Positions 12,647-27,110 of a stretch of 64,000 nt of DNA are shown piece after piece; the stretch's first letter is position 1, and each line of letters opens with the position of its first letter. The stretch spans positions 101,620,001 through 101,684,000 of the forward strand of contig NC_087436.1 in assembly GCF_036321535.1 (NCBI RefSeq), read 5' to 3'. The notes under the pieces are model-generated. The model searched no databases. It was given only the letters and a program-made list of their open reading frames with translations, and was not told the DNA's origin. A program made the translations under genes and the position numbers. Source of the stretch: Camelus dromedarius (taxonomy: Eukaryota).

Positions 12647-14565
12647 ACTTTAGTGTAGACATAAGTAATACATTCTTCCCATTTTCCAGGAGATGACTCC
12701 TTAGTAACTTGCATTTAAAGTGAAAATAGAGGAAGAAATGTCTCCACCTATTTTGGGAAAGAGACAAGTTGTAAATATACTCAATCAATGAAACAAATGA
12801 GTTGAGGGTACTTCCTCTTTCATGTGTTCCTCAATATATGTACTTACTTGCAGACGTATACCTGAGCATTTTGATCACTAACATGCACACATAAAGAAGA
12901 TGCTGGGTGGAGATGAGGGTTTCAATAGGAAACTCCACAGCATGCTCAACTGGAGAATTCTGCCACTGGGTAGAATGACAGATTCAAGGTAAATGTCTAA
13001 GTACAGCACTAAGAAGATTTGTTTCCCTTTTGTATATGAAACACTGAGGTGATGCTCCTTACACGCAGTGTGCTTGCGGGGTAATCGGAGTAGGTGATCA
13101 GGGCAATCACACTATCTGTGGGTGGCTGGAGGGGATGGTAGGCACAGAATGCTCTGGAATATGACTTGATAGGTTATTACTTTCCTTACAAAGTGTACCC
13201 AAAAAATAAAAATAAGCTACTTTTTAATAAATCATAATATATATATATCCTTAGATACTGAGTTTAATTCAATGAAACTTTTGATTAATTGTGCAGTGTT
13301 ATAGTCTGTCAGACAAACTGATGTCGTAGGTAAACAGAAAATAAATTTAACACATTTTAATTCACTGTATGGAACAAATGGAGCATTTTAAGATGAGAAA
13401 ATCACAATTTCAAAAATTTCATGTCAATCTTTAAATGGCGTATCTGCTTTCAATTTGGGGAAGTAAATACTGAGGGCTTTTGTGATTGAAACACCATTGT
13501 GGTTTCCCGTTTACTCTATGTCATCATTGTCATTGCTCACATCTAATTTAATCAACCCTTCTTATTAGAGTTTTCTGATTTTAAAAAGGATATAAAATTA
13601 CATTTTATTGAATTACAAATGTGAGTATAATAGCTATTAGTATTTTCTGAGGGTTCGTGTCCATGTGACAGAATGTGATTGTACTATTTTATTAAATACA
13701 AAAATGTTTCTGCTTTACCATCCATTTGGTTGGCACATTCTGTGTCTTGAGTGATGTTCATAAAGATTTCTTACAATTTGTTTCTGCCATTGTCACAATA
13801 CAACACATTTTTATGGTAAAACATTACTTTAGTATTAAGACAAAAAGATGTAGTATTTTGGAAAGATGGTTATGTTTCTAACAATCCTTTCTATGCTCTG
13901 GCAATCAGAGGAAGTCAAATTCTGCATTTTCTAAATGTCTATAAGTGCTTTATAGTTGCCACAAATAATTTTAATATGAGGGAACTAAGACTTAGAATAA
14001 AATGATGCTGACAATATAAAAAATAATATACAACATATAATATTTTGATAAAAAGTATATTTAGCCAACATAATCATATTTGATTTTTCATAACATTCTG
14101 GTGCAGGAATGCTATTATCTACAATTTAAGAGAAGTGAGCCCAAGAGAGGTCAATAAACATGTTCAAATTTGCACAGTTTAGATTTCAGATCCAGAGCCG
14201 CACTGTGGATCTTGTGACTCCAAATCTCTTGCTCCTTCTGCTAGACCCTGTTACTTCCAGAAATAGATCCAGGCAGGCCAGGTCTATCTCCACAAGACTC
14301 TTTCTCAAAAGAGACTTCAAGGTAGGCCAAATTAAATAAAAAATCGAAACACCTATCTTTTTCCCATATTTGATTCAAGATCAAACTCTCTCTTCTAACT
14401 GCAGCTTCATATTTGACCTTCACTTCAAATTCAAGTAACTTTTTAAACAAGAGTTTAAATTCATTGTCTCAAGTTTATCATTTAAACTAAATAAATGATT
14501 TTCAGCATCAGCCTCTACCACCAATGAAACTGGCTAGTAAAAATGACTTTCCTAGTGGTCGTATT

Positions 14566-14714
14566 TTTTTAGTTTTGTTTTAATGGGGGGAGGTATGTGT
14601 GTATGTATGTATGTATGTATTTATTTATTTATTTCAGTGAAGATACTGGGGACTGAACCCAGGACACAGTGTATACTAAGCATGCGCTCTACCACTGAGC
14701 TAAATACCCTCCCT
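14566..14714 (-). mobile_element. tRNA-derived SINE (camelid Vic-1-like)
   Basis: Reverse complement reads 'gggagggtatttagctcagtggtagagcgcatgcttag...ctgggttcagtccccag'; degenerate TSD ctagtggtcgtattt / ctagttgtcatattt. Confidence 0.8.
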
Positions 14715-14809
14715 GCTAGTTGTCATATTTAATAGACACTTTTAATCTGCCCTGTACTTTAGATCTCTGAATTTTTTTTTTTATTCGACAGCTGCCTTTT
14801 CTAGAATCT

Positions 14810-15235
14810 CGTTATGGAATGAATTGTGTCCCTGTATAATTTGTAGGTTGAAGTCTTAAACTTGGCTACCTCAGAATGTGACCTTACATGGAACAGAGCT
14901 ATTGCAGGTGTGATTAGTGAAGATGAAATCACGCTGGACCAGTGTGGGTCTCGAACCTAACATGACAGGAGTCCTTGTAAAAAGGGCACATTTGAGCACA
15001 GACACACATGGACACAGGGAGAATGCCACGTGAAAATGAGGGTAGAGATCGGGGCGATGCTGCTTCACAACAAGGAATGCTAAGGACTGCCAGAAAGCCA
15101 CCAGAAACTAGAGGAGAAGCCCCAGAAGGAACCGGCCCCCCTAACACCCAGATCTCAGACGTTTAGCCTCCAGAACAATCCATTGCTGCCGTCTAAGCTG
15201 CTTGCTCTGTGGTCCTTTGCAGGCCTTGTCAATTA
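14810..15235 (+). mobile_element. MLT1-type MaLR LTR
   Basis: 'ttatggaatgaattgtgtccc...cctcagaatgtgacctta...caaggaatgctaaggactgccag...agcctccagaac'. Confidence 0.8.
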
Positions 15236-16072
15236 CTACATCACCTTTTCTTTTCTCTGTCAAATTCACTATTGTTTCCAGGCTTTTCCATCTTTTTTAT
15301 GATTCTTTAAGAGTCCCTAATAATTTGGGTTTACCATCCCCTGTAATGCCTAAAATGCTGGTCTTCTAACGGATCGTCCTTACACATATTTTTGGAATAA
15401 TATCAAAAGCTGTGGTTTAAACTAGTACTCATTTATATACCCAAGTCGCACGTGTCTTCTAAACCAGGCACAGGTTACCCAGCATGTCTACCGCTGAAGT
15501 CAGTATACTTGGTGCATTTCCCTGTCTTCTTATCTCTTCCCCACTCTCTCTTTTGGTGTAAGTCACTCCTTTGTCTCAGTTACACCAGCAAGAATCTTGA
15601 ATGGAGGTCAATCTGTATTTCTCAACTTCATGTCCTACTTTTAAATAGGACATTAGCCCAGTCAATTCTATCTCCTTCATAATTCTTGAATAAACCCACC
15701 ATTTAGAACCCTTTACATTCTCTCCTGGTCAACTACAGTGGTTTCCTAACTAGTCTTTCTGACTTCTGCCTTGTATACTTCCCCCCGTTCATTGCTTGAA
15801 GGTTGTTCTGCTTAAAGACCCATTCTGTTCTATAAGATAGAACAGAGTGTATTGTGACTTTTTAATTTCATTTTTGACTTCATTGAGGAATAATTGACAA
15901 ATTGAAATTGTGATTCTTAATACACATTAATGAGAATAACAGTTTTTAGATGCAGTTCATTTATGTAACACATCTTTCTATTTTTAGCATCTAAGTTTCT
16001 TTAACCTTAATGCATTTTGATTTCCATTCTTTTGTAATAATGAAACATTGCAGATTTAAATAAATTTACATC

Positions 16073-16107
16073 ATCGCTTCTTGGCCTTTTGGCTAAGAGC
16101 AAGTGTA
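16073..16107 (+). pseudogene. RNU2: U2 snRNA 5' fragment (nt 1-35), tailless retropseudogene
   Basis: atcgcttcttggccttttggctaagagcaagtgta vs U2 ATCGCTTCTCGGCCTTTTGGCTAAGATCAAGTGTA (2 mismatches); 15-bp TSD aaataaatttacatc at 16058-16072 and 16107-16121. Confidence 0.95.
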
Positions 16108-19100
16108 AATAAATTTACATCAGTGTTTTTATTATCTGTTAAGCTTAAAACACCATAAACAAAGACTCTTTGTTCGCTGTCTACTTCACCTTCTAACCTC
16201 CTGCCCCTCCCCAAACACATGCATACACACATACACACACACACACACTCTCTCATCACTGTCTCTTTTTTCTCAATTGTGTCAGCAACATGCCATGGAT
16301 ATAGCAAACATATTTCTTGGTTGGTCTTTTTGTCAATCTGAATAAGGTTCTTATTTCTCTGTAGGTTATTAATTAAAAAGAAATTTTTGATTTCATAGAA
16401 AAAGTGGTAAAATGCTTTGGAAAGTCTTTTAAAATAGCATTTCTAAACTTGAAGTGGAATTTTGACTTTTTGGCATTTAGCTTTTATGTTTTATCCATTT
16501 ATTAAGCAAGTTAATGTGCTTCGGTTGCCTGGCCTTTTCTATCTTAATCATGTATGTCCAGATGGTACAAATTTCTTCCCCAAAGAAAGTTCATAATGGC
16601 AGGATTGTTAGTTATGTTCTTGATTTTGAGTTCTGTAAGCTTTTTTTGAGCCATATAATTCTAATAGCATCTTTTTTTTTTTTTTTTTTTTTTGCTATTT
16701 TTGGGGAAATGGGAGAATAAAAAATCGTTTGTATCATTATAAGTCAAACACTACCTTCTTTCAATAATGGCTATTTTAAGTCATTATTGATCTATTAACA
16801 GTTTCACTTTTTAATTTTTTCTAATTCATTTTCCCCCATCAAAATCCCTAATTTTTGGCACAGTAAGCAAAATTTCTTTAGGTGACTAGTTCTTAGGAAT
16901 TGGAAAATATATTTGCTCAGGCAATAAGGGCTTTACTATAGTAACATATTTCTCCCATGCTCATATAATCATTAAGCTGGCACCTTTGGGAAGACTTTAA
17001 TTAATTACAAAATGTCAATTAATGAATGGAGTGCAATAAGCAGAGGTAACATGGAACAGGTTTAGCAGTATGGGAAAGATAGTGGGACATCTTCAGTCTA
17101 TGCTTGATAAAATGTTGTAATTTCCCTGTCTTGAGAACAAAGGACACTGGACTTAGATGTTTGTTCCCAATTTTGCTGCTAAGGAGATTTGGGCCCAGGT
17201 AGGTCGCTTAACTGATGGGCCTCTCTATTCTCATAAATGAAAGGATAGGACCAGAGTAAGTAATTTCTAAAATCCTTTCCAGCTCTAATATTCTATGTTT
17301 TTTGTCAAAATCTATCAGCCTTAGTGATACATGTTATCAAAGACTAGAGATATAGAGAACAGTGATGATGATAATGATGATGATTTTGATAATGTCTATT
17401 ATTATTGAGTGCTGTATGCCTGCATTTGATTCCCTAATTGTTCTATTAGATGAATATTATTGCCTTCCATTTTATTAATGAGAAAATTATCTCAAATATT
17501 AAGCTCTATGGAAAGAATATTATGAGTGTTCACCACTATCTCATTGTCTTCCTTTCTGTGCACCAATAAGACTACATTATTTATCCATTTGAAGATCATT
17601 AAGGCCATGTGATTAGCTTTGTCCAACAGCATGAGTGGAATTTGCATGTATAAATTTTGGCACAAAGCATGGAAAAACCACCAGTGGCCTGGCAGGTGCC
17701 TCTTTTTTTGAGGTGCCCATCAGGGAGACAGTAAGCTCCATGTGATGCTGCTTCAAGATGGCAATACTTTCCTTGCTCTGAATCCCTGAGTTGCTGGTTG
17801 TGGGACAGTTCATCTTCTTATCTGGCTACAGACTTTGCTAGAGTAAATTCTAAATCTTTATTGTTTAATCCACTGAAATTCAGGGGATATATATGAGAAT
17901 ATATAGCCTATCTACAAAATGAGGACATTTTTCTCTTCAATGAATGTTAAGGGCATGAAGCTTTGAAAGTCTTCCGTGTTATCAGTTATAAACAGTATTT
18001 TCTGATATAACCAGCCACCTGGTAGTCAGCACTGGCTCCAGGAAAACATTCTTAAGCATGAATCACTCTCTTCTGCTAGATTATCTGCTTTTTTCTCACT
18101 TCTGTCTCTCTTGAAACCTCTTATTCCTTGCTCCCAACTTCTTTTTTAGTAAATACATACCTTAACAACTCCTCTTTTTTTGTTTTTTTTTTTTGGAAAT
18201 ACTCTTTCTTTCAAGATTGAGTAATAGTAAGAAATATTTGATTTTCAATACTGACATTTAATAGCAGTGTGATCTCATCAAAGTTCTGTCTCAGTCAGAT
18301 TCAATCTGAAAATGAAAACAAGTATGAGTATTATGTAAAAAGGGGTTAAATATGTGATAGCACTTCCCCAAACTGTGTGTATTGCTGGGGTCATAAAATT
18401 CTAAAAGGGAGAATTGGAGGATCAGAGAAAAATCAATAACCAATCCTTTGAAATAAAGCAGTTTGGGCTGCCCTAGTGGGCCTGCAAAGGAGACCTGGTG
18501 AAAAAGATCATGGAAAGCTGCTGTCTCCTCAGATCTGTTGGGCCTCAGTGGCTCTTGGCCAGCAAGATTTTCATTTGGGGAGATGAGGTGGGTGTGGAGT
18601 CAAAGACAGCAAGAACTAGCTAGAATCCACCTGTATCTCTTTATTTGTTACTCGTACCTCTGAAATAACAGATTTCAGACGAGCTGCTTTACTTTCCCCT
18701 TCCAAAATTTGTAAAAAATATTTCTTGTTTGGGCCAGTTAACAAAGTATCACACAGAATAGAGGATTCTTGTAAACTATTCTAGCTTAGCCAAGATGACA
18801 GTGCAAAACAGTGCTGCAAGTCAGTTACTTTTCCTATCCTTTAATTTCCTTATTTCTAAAATGTTTGATTTTGCTTCAGCCACTCAATGTCATAGTTGTG
18901 GGAATTACATGTGAATATACACTGAAAATCAGAATAATAATAAATATTATTGTTTCCAAAGTAATTGTGACAACGTATTTTAAAATGGTTCACCTAAACA
19001 AATCAATCTCTGAAAATAAATATTTAATACCTTTTAAAAATAGAGACCTCTTGAAACAGTGTGGGCCTAACTTGTCATGTCTATATCTGCTTGTTCTATA

Positions 19101-21304
19101 GTCTATGATTATAGATTTCAAATTTATACAGTGCAGTACACACATTTGACAAAAAAATTCAATAATCATCTGTTAACTGAATCCTTACTTGTGACTTCTA
19201 AGATGATACGTTAATAATTTAATGTTTGTGACATATACAGACAAAGAGGTGGATAGCTTACAAATTCTATTACATGGAATTCTGAAGTGCATGTACCACC
19301 AAGAAAATTATAAATGTAGCTTTGAATCTTATGTAACTGCTGCTCTGATAAAATTAGTTGGAAGAAAATTCAGTGCATTGAGTTTTTAATAGTTATTATT
19401 TTTAATACTTATTTACTTCAATGAACACTGGAAACTAACACACATTTAAGCCAGTCATTTCTACTTCTGGCCAGAAACATGTAGGAAGTGAGTATAAAAA
19501 AATGCAAATGCCATTAATGTGTAGATTTTTAAAGTTCTACTATATTTTTCTTGGAAGTGAAAAGAAATTTCAGAATTATCTTTCTTAATCCCATCATTTG
19601 ATAAATGAAAAAAGAAAATTACTCAGGTAAAGTAAGAAAAATTATGTAGATCATAAATAAATTTTTGTATAATTTACTAAACTTTTCATGTGCCTGTTTT
19701 ATTTTATTATTGTTTTTTATAATACAACTGAATACTTACCCCATCCACTGTGGTACATATTTTACCAATTGTGCACATATTTCTATGATTCAGTTATACA
19801 AATGTTGACTATGGTGTGTTCCAAATCCATTTGGGTTTGCAAACCTAATCATAACTAATGCAACTGAGAAATCAGAAATTCATTTTAAACAAAAATCAAA
19901 GGAGACTTTGCAAGAAACTATTCCAATCAAATCTATGGCCCTAATGCAGAAAATAGATTTTAAACAAACCTGAGCTAGTACTTGGTATGGACATGGTACA
20001 CAGACTGAAATTCAAACCACAGTGCCTGATGTTGGCAGTATGTGGTCTTATTAAGACAGTGAAAGACATGTAGTCGGTAATTAGAGAGCGGTGTGAGTAT
20101 TTGACAATGAATGTTTCATAGGAGAGGCAGTGAAGAAATCATTTCTGTGGTTTCATCAGAGACTTAGAGTTCGAAACAATGACTTGGGTCCTAAACTTGG
20201 GAGATTCTATACTATAATAGATAGTAGTAAAGAGGATATGTGGATATATTGTGTTGTGTTTGTGTGATGTGGCACACACACAAGTGTGTGTTGTGGGCAA
20301 AGATAAGTGTTATTGGCAGAGTTAGCTCCTTTAGCTGATACCCCCCCCCCCCGCCAAAAAGCGACATAGATCCCAAGTGACTTTGTGATTTTTACTACTA
20401 ATAATTATAAATAAAACCATTGGCAAAGCAAGTAAAAATTACAGGATTTTTCAAGTTGTTAAATCCAAAGTCTTTTAATTTTTTCAAGTTTTATTCTCAG
20501 TGAAGGCGAATAACAGATCCTGCCTTTTACAGTGAGGGAATAAGGAGTATTCATGAAGTGACTTTCCATTACAACGTGAAATTTGCTGTCCTGAGGTCCT
20601 CAAGAATGAGTTATTCTACCCCAATCAAAAATGGTCCTCTGGGCATTGACTCATATGGGATAATTTAATGGAATTTCACATTCTGTAATTGAGACTATAT
20701 ATTCATCTAATGATACCAAGTATATTTTAAAAACCCCTCATTGTTCAAATCTCAGTCCCCTGCCATGATTATTCATACCTCTCAGTTGATTAGTGATTCT
20801 AAATGACAATGCAAATCAAAGTGAATTTTCATATTGTGTTTATACCATTAGTGAAAATCTAATTAAATATCTAAGAATTAATGCAACTCCTTCCAGGAGA
20901 GTTAATACATTAGAGAATGTCAATAGGGAATGTCCAGTGGGAATATTACCTTCATTGCTGTGTTTCATATTGTGAATTGAGTGAATTATAGTATATATTA
21001 TATTTTATATGCATATTTCTTTTTAAAACTGTGTGGAAAAAACAACCCAGTTCTTGGTACAAGAATATAACTTCCTTTTAATTGGACATTATTATATTGA
21101 TGACATATCTATGTGTCTTACACCAGGTCACCCAACCAGCTGGCCAGTAAACATTTAGAGAATGCCTAATACGTGACCAACACTGTGTTAAAAGTCAGTG
21201 AGGCCACTCAAAAGGCCACTTTTTTTTTATTGCTAACCATTATAATTAACTTAAGCTTCTAATTTTTAGTGGGGAACTTTTGAGTGGAATTCTGAGAAAA
21301 TTAC

Positions 21305-21740
21305 GGTGTGTATTAGAATATCCTTTGGCATTCTATTTCCACATGAGGAGCATTTATCTTCTCCTCACTTTTGGGCTTGAACTTGTAACTTGCTTTGGCC
21401 CGTGGGCTATCAGCAGATGTGATGTGATGCAAGCCAAGGCTTGAAATGTGCTTATGCACTGAGCTTTCTCTCTTGCACTCTGCCTCTATGGTGAGGACAT
21501 GCTAAGCAGCATGATTGGTCTCAAAAAGATCAAAGGCACTTAAGATTAGACCTGAACTGAACCCATGGCCTGGAACTAAGCCTAAGCAAGGCCAGCAGGG
21601 GTCTCAGCAGAGCTGGCCCAGTGAGTCAGCAGTTTGAGGTAGAACCCCAGCTGAACAATTAGTCAGTGAGTAAGACTACTTATCTTTACAAGCCTCTAAG
21701 GTTTGGGGTGCTTGGTTGCAGACCCATAGCTAATAGACAC
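21305..21740 (+). mobile_element. Old MLT1-type LTR
   Basis: 'ttgtaacttgctttggcc...aggcttgaaatgtgctt...ttacaagcctctaaggtttggggtg...atagctaatagacaca'. Confidence 0.6.
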
Positions 21741-23899
21741 AAATGAACCTGTGTTTTATAGTGATTGCAATATCAGATCTGTTTTTCTTTTTAGATCTTG
21801 TACTTAAAAATATTTACAAGAGTACAAGTATGTGTTCTCTGTTTTAAGGAAACACATAAAAAGTAGTATGGCTGTGGGCTTTGTCATTATTTAACTATGA
21901 TTTAAGAACCAAGCGACAAAGGCAGAAACAGTGAAAACATCAATGGTATAAATGTAATAATATGGATGGTTCTATTCTGCCAAATGTATCCATGACATTT
22001 CTTAAGTGATCATCAAAGTGATAGGCCCCGTAAGCTCCCCTGTGTGGTTAGCCAATTTACATAGACACGGAAGACAGTGATGGAGTTGTTTCTTGATTAA
22101 AAAAAAAATTGTGTCAGCGTGTATAGGTAATTTTCTTGAGCTGTAATTGTGTTTCATCTGGGTTGGCTCCCAAAATGACAAATAGGCGACATTAACATAA
22201 AAATTCAAGGCCAGTAAGAGAGACAAATATACACTAGAGTTAAAGCCGTTAATATGTAATTGTTAACTCCTTAAAATAAAGCACACTCTTATTTTACATT
22301 ATACACTTAGAAGGATGTCTTCCATGATGTTGGTATATCATGCATAAGCAATAAATAGTGTTACATGATTAAAACAATGATCCCACATAAATACATTGCT
22401 AATGAAAAGTTAAATGTTTGGGGACCTTCACTTCTGCCCTGACAGACAGTGATAGCACTAATAGCTAATACATTAGAATTTGCTAGAATATTGGCTTACT
22501 CAGTGCCAGATGTGTTCTTCATTTCTACATGTTGAAGTTGCAGACCCAACTGTTGGTGAGGATGATTTGGACGAACATGCAGAGAGTGTCAGTTAAAGTG
22601 AAGGGAAATAGCTTGATCATACCTCAATGAACATACTGAAGACAATGGTGATCTAACGTGTTGGGTAAACTGTTACAAGTCAGCATCATTTATCCCTTCA
22701 TCCCAGAAAAACAGTGCACCTTGGGAAACAGTGTATATAAAAATTACATTCCAAGGTAGAAAGCAAGAAGTGCTGGAGACTGGAGATGCTCCTGGAAGAG
22801 AAGACCACCCTCTGTAACCCCTTCCTCAGAGAATTAGCCAAGAGTCAGGGTGAAATACAGCAGCTCAGAATTATTATACCTCCCTGTTTATTGATGGAAC
22901 AAAGTCGAATGAAACCTTGTTTTGTTCCAGGAAAAAATTTAAAAACCTGAAACATATAGATTGATGCCTCTAGTTGTCTTTAATTATGCTCCAATTTTTA
23001 CCCCTGAAGTGAAAGCCAGAGGGCTTTGTATTCAGTTTCCTTAGTGAAACGATGACAGAAAACATCCTATGAATGCACTGACTGTGGTAAAGGATCTATA
23101 AATAATTCAAACTTCCATAGATTTCACAATATTCACACTGACCAGAAAGCCCATAAAATTAATTAATGTATAATATACTTAAGCCAGAATTCCCATTTTT
23201 GTGAGTATCAAAGAGTTTATAAAAAGAGGATTGAACTGGTAGAAGCTCCCTCAAAATTCAACATCTTCCCCTAGAACCCAAGTCCACAGAGAGAGTAGAA
23301 AAAGAAATCATGGGAAAGGTGATGGGACTTGGTGCAACATTGCCCTAGGGTGGTGGTTCGGGTGAGTCCCCTTGAACGACATGATGCTGAGTGGTGGAGC
23401 TTCTACACAGTACATTACTCTACTCTGTAGAGTAATGGTCTCTCTATGAGAGACCATTATGGGGGAGTGGCACACAAACAGAGAAAAGTCCTCAAAAACA
23501 CTGCTTCCCCACAACTTTATGCCATTATATCTGCATATTTACCTGAATCCTTACATATTCTTTCACTCTCTTGACTATAAGACTCAGCCCTACTGCGTCT
23601 TATTTCTTTTACTCCCTCATTCACGTTTCATCAAAGATATACCTACTGCTTTACATATCACCATCATCCCCTCTGCTTTATTACATCCTCTGAATCAATG
23701 TGTATATATGCACACTTTTCTTCTACTGGAAAACGAGAGATTAAAAATAGAAAGAAGGGTAAATAGAAAAATATGTTGCTCTCTGTCTCTGTATCTCTCT
23801 CTTTGTCTCTCCCTCTTTCTCTCCTTCTATTTCTCCTATATATACAGAAACAAAGGAATCTCTGGATAGATAAATAATCTCTTTATATACCTCTATATA

Positions 23900-24236
23900 C
23901 TGGTGTCCTTCAGTATCTGTAGGGAAGGTATTGGTACCAGGATTCCTGTGGGCACCAAAATCCTCAAACTCTCAAGTCCCTTACATAAATTGGCATAGTA
24001 TTTGCACGTAACGTACACACATCCTTTCATACACCTTAAATCATCTCTAGATTACTTATGATACTTAATACAATGTAAATGCTATGTAAACAGTTGTAAA
24101 TACAATGTAAATGCTGTGTAAACAGTTGTCCAAGCAGGGCACATTCATATTTTACTTTCTGGAATTTTCTGGAAGTTTTTATCGTAAATATTTTTGATCT
24201 GTGGATGTAGAACCTGGTCATATGGAAGGCTGACTG

Positions 24237-24238
<2 letters not shown>
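23900..24238. mobile_element. MER2-like (Tigger family) element
   Basis: 'ccttcagtatctgtaggg...aaatcatctctagattactta...aatacaatgtaaatgct...atggaaggctgactg'. Confidence 0.7.
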
Positions 24239-24279
<41 letters not shown>

Positions 24280-24300
24280 GATAGATAGATAGATAGATAT
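24238..24300. repeat. (GATA)n microsatellite
   Basis: Direct observation. Confidence 0.95.
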
Positions 24301-26410
24301 CTCTCTAGAGATATGAGAGGAAAGAGAGAAGTGGGGAATAGGTAGAGAGAGAGAAAGAGGGAGAGAGAGGAAGGGAGAGAGGGAAGGGGGCAGAACAGGA
24401 GACACACACTTACCGGCCAATGATACATGGTAGTGAGACCAGAAGAGACAAACAAGCAGATGGAAGGTAGGTGCACAAATGGAGGTCTAGAATTTAGGGC
24501 TGATGTTAAGGACTGAAGTCTTAAAGAAGAACATGATAAAAGAGTCTTCAAAAACAAACTACTGTGATTAGTGCTTGAAGTTAAAAAAAAAACTGTATCA
24601 TTAGGAAGAATGTCTCTTCTTTCACATCAAACTACTTGCTATGTTATTAATTGTAGCCCCTATAGTGATCAGGCTGCTCCCTGGGATGAACCTAAATGAG
24701 AAAAATGGCAAAAAGATATAAAAAATATCCTGGGATATTTTAAAATAATATTTGATGGAATAGATTTAAAACCTTTGAAGAAATACTGTATGATGGTAGA
24801 CATACATGGGCCCTGTATAAAAGGGAGAAAATGGATCAGTATGAATGTACATTGTCAAAGTAAACAGTAGGCTAATTTCAATAATAAAATTGAAGAACCA
24901 TATTAGGCTACTCTGTTCCTCTACTCAAAGCCCTTCAATTATCCTTTTATCATTTTATTAAGTCACTTAATATGTACTTACTGAAATTCACTGTGTAAAA
25001 AACACTATGTAATACGTTGGGGACACAGATATGAATAAAACTTAGCCCCAAACTGGTGTGACTTACATCATGGTAAGGAAAACAGACAAGAAGGTGGTGA
25101 CTACAGAACTCTGTCATGAGTGCAAGAACAGAGGTGCACACAAGGCATTGTGCGGGTGTGAAAGAAGGGAGCAGAACTCAGCACAAAAGGTCAAGGCATG
25201 TATCTTAGCTGAGATGAGAATTAAGCTGAATTTTAAAGACTGAGTTAAGAGTTCATCGAGAAGATGAGGTGAAGAAGAGGTAATAGCACGAATTTAACTT
25301 AGAATAATTCAGTAATCTCAAATATAACCACATATTTGAACCTCTGGTCCAGTGTTATATTCTCATACCACATTACCTAGTAAATTTAAACAGTCTGGAT
25401 AATTAAAGCAGCTATCAAATTAAATAAATTAGGACTAAAACCTGCAATAGTCAGTGCCAATTTTAATTTCTCCCCTTGTATGTAGGAGACCCGTGACAAA
25501 ATCTGTTTCCTTTTGTACAATTCTTTCTCCTCTCTCCCCTCGACCACCCACCCTGATACATGGAATCAGTTGTTCTTTCGTTACTTTTGTGCCTCAGGAG
25601 AAGACCTTGAGAGAAGGCAGTCTCTAAGGAGGTAAATTAACAGAGCAGAGAGTAAGTGTTCTTCCACAGCAGGTGACACTGTGCTACAGGTGTGCACTGT
25701 TATCTTGACCTAAGAATCTGCAAAATGTCAAGGATCCCTTCCTGCCCTTGTGTGTATCCATCAAGTCTGCCAGGACACTGGAGAGCTCTTTGCACTGTTA
25801 TATTTCTAAAACAAGAAGCCATTAGCTGCCATATTTTGACCTGGAAATGTTCATGAGAAATTTAAAGATCTTGGCATCAGCTACGTCTCTCTCATTCACT
25901 AACCCACTCAGGAGTTACGGCATGTCTTTTCAAAAATGTGGACATCATTTTCTCTTCTGAAAAATGAAGTTGGACTGGGTGATCTTGACTCTTCCTTCTA
26001 CATGTTGATATTTTGTGTTTCTGTGATCTTATAATGGTAATATTAAAATCCTATAAGTTTTATAATACATATAATAGCATTATTGTTATTTTATAATATT
26101 TATCTTTAATATGTTTAACATAATAAAATATAGGTTTATTTTCAAGATATTTAAATCTTTCTTAATAATTACAAGGATTATTAAGTAGAGGTGCATGGAT
26201 CACAATTCAGTGAGACTTTATAATTATGCTGAAAACTGTTGTGAGTATACGTCTGTCAGTCTATCTGTGTGTGTACGTGTATTCATATATATTCATATAC
26301 AAACAGCTATGGACCCCACTCCAGCTAATGGAGGGGTCTAGAGCTGCCCTCAGACTCCAAAATGAATCTGTGGTCTCCTCTGTTCAGTCCCTTCTTCTCC
26401 CATCTCTGAT

Positions 26411-26412
<2 letters not shown>

Positions 26413-26453
<41 letters not shown>
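26413..26453. repeat. (AC)~20 microsatellite
   Basis: Direct observation. Confidence 0.95.
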
Positions 26454-26456
<3 letters not shown>

Positions 26457-27110
26457 TATGAACCACTGTTACAGTCTATGGTTTCGTTTTCAGAGCTTGT
26501 TTAGAGGTGGAATCTCAAAGTCCAACCAGGAAGACAGAAACCAGCCTGTCATTTCAAACTGGGGGAATTTAATGAAGTGAAATTTTCACACAGCTCAGGA
26601 GCGAGTTGAGAAGCCAACAAGGAACAAGGAAGCGATGTGCTGATTACATGCCAACCACAGGAGGCACTATAACCACCAAGCTGGAGAGACAAGGGGAAGA
26701 AGCAGTGGTACCAGGGCCCAGGGGATGGACTCACCCACCCAGGGCTGGAATCCCACAGGTCTGTGTGGTGGGAGCTGAATCCACAGATGAGGTACAGCTG
26801 GAGACAGTGCCTGCAGACCTGAGGATATCAGTCAGTTCTTCTGTAATACTGCACAGAACAAGGAAACAGAAACGGGCGGCTCTGATCACAAAGAAACGAG
26901 GAAAGGCAGAGAGTTTAAAATTAATTCACGGCACAGAAATTACTTTCACACCTGAGCCTCCTGCTCTTTCCCTTAGTTCTCATAATGATATTACAACCAT
27001 TTCTACCAATTATGCAGGCTCAGAAACTTCAAGTTCTCCTTGATTTGTCCCTTTCCCTCATCCCCCAAATCATAATCATTTTAATTACATGATATCTCAG
27101 GTTTTTTACC

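Noticed and set aside
24036..24557. 173-aa ORF
   Set aside because: Runs through GATA/GA repeats and a MER2-like element.
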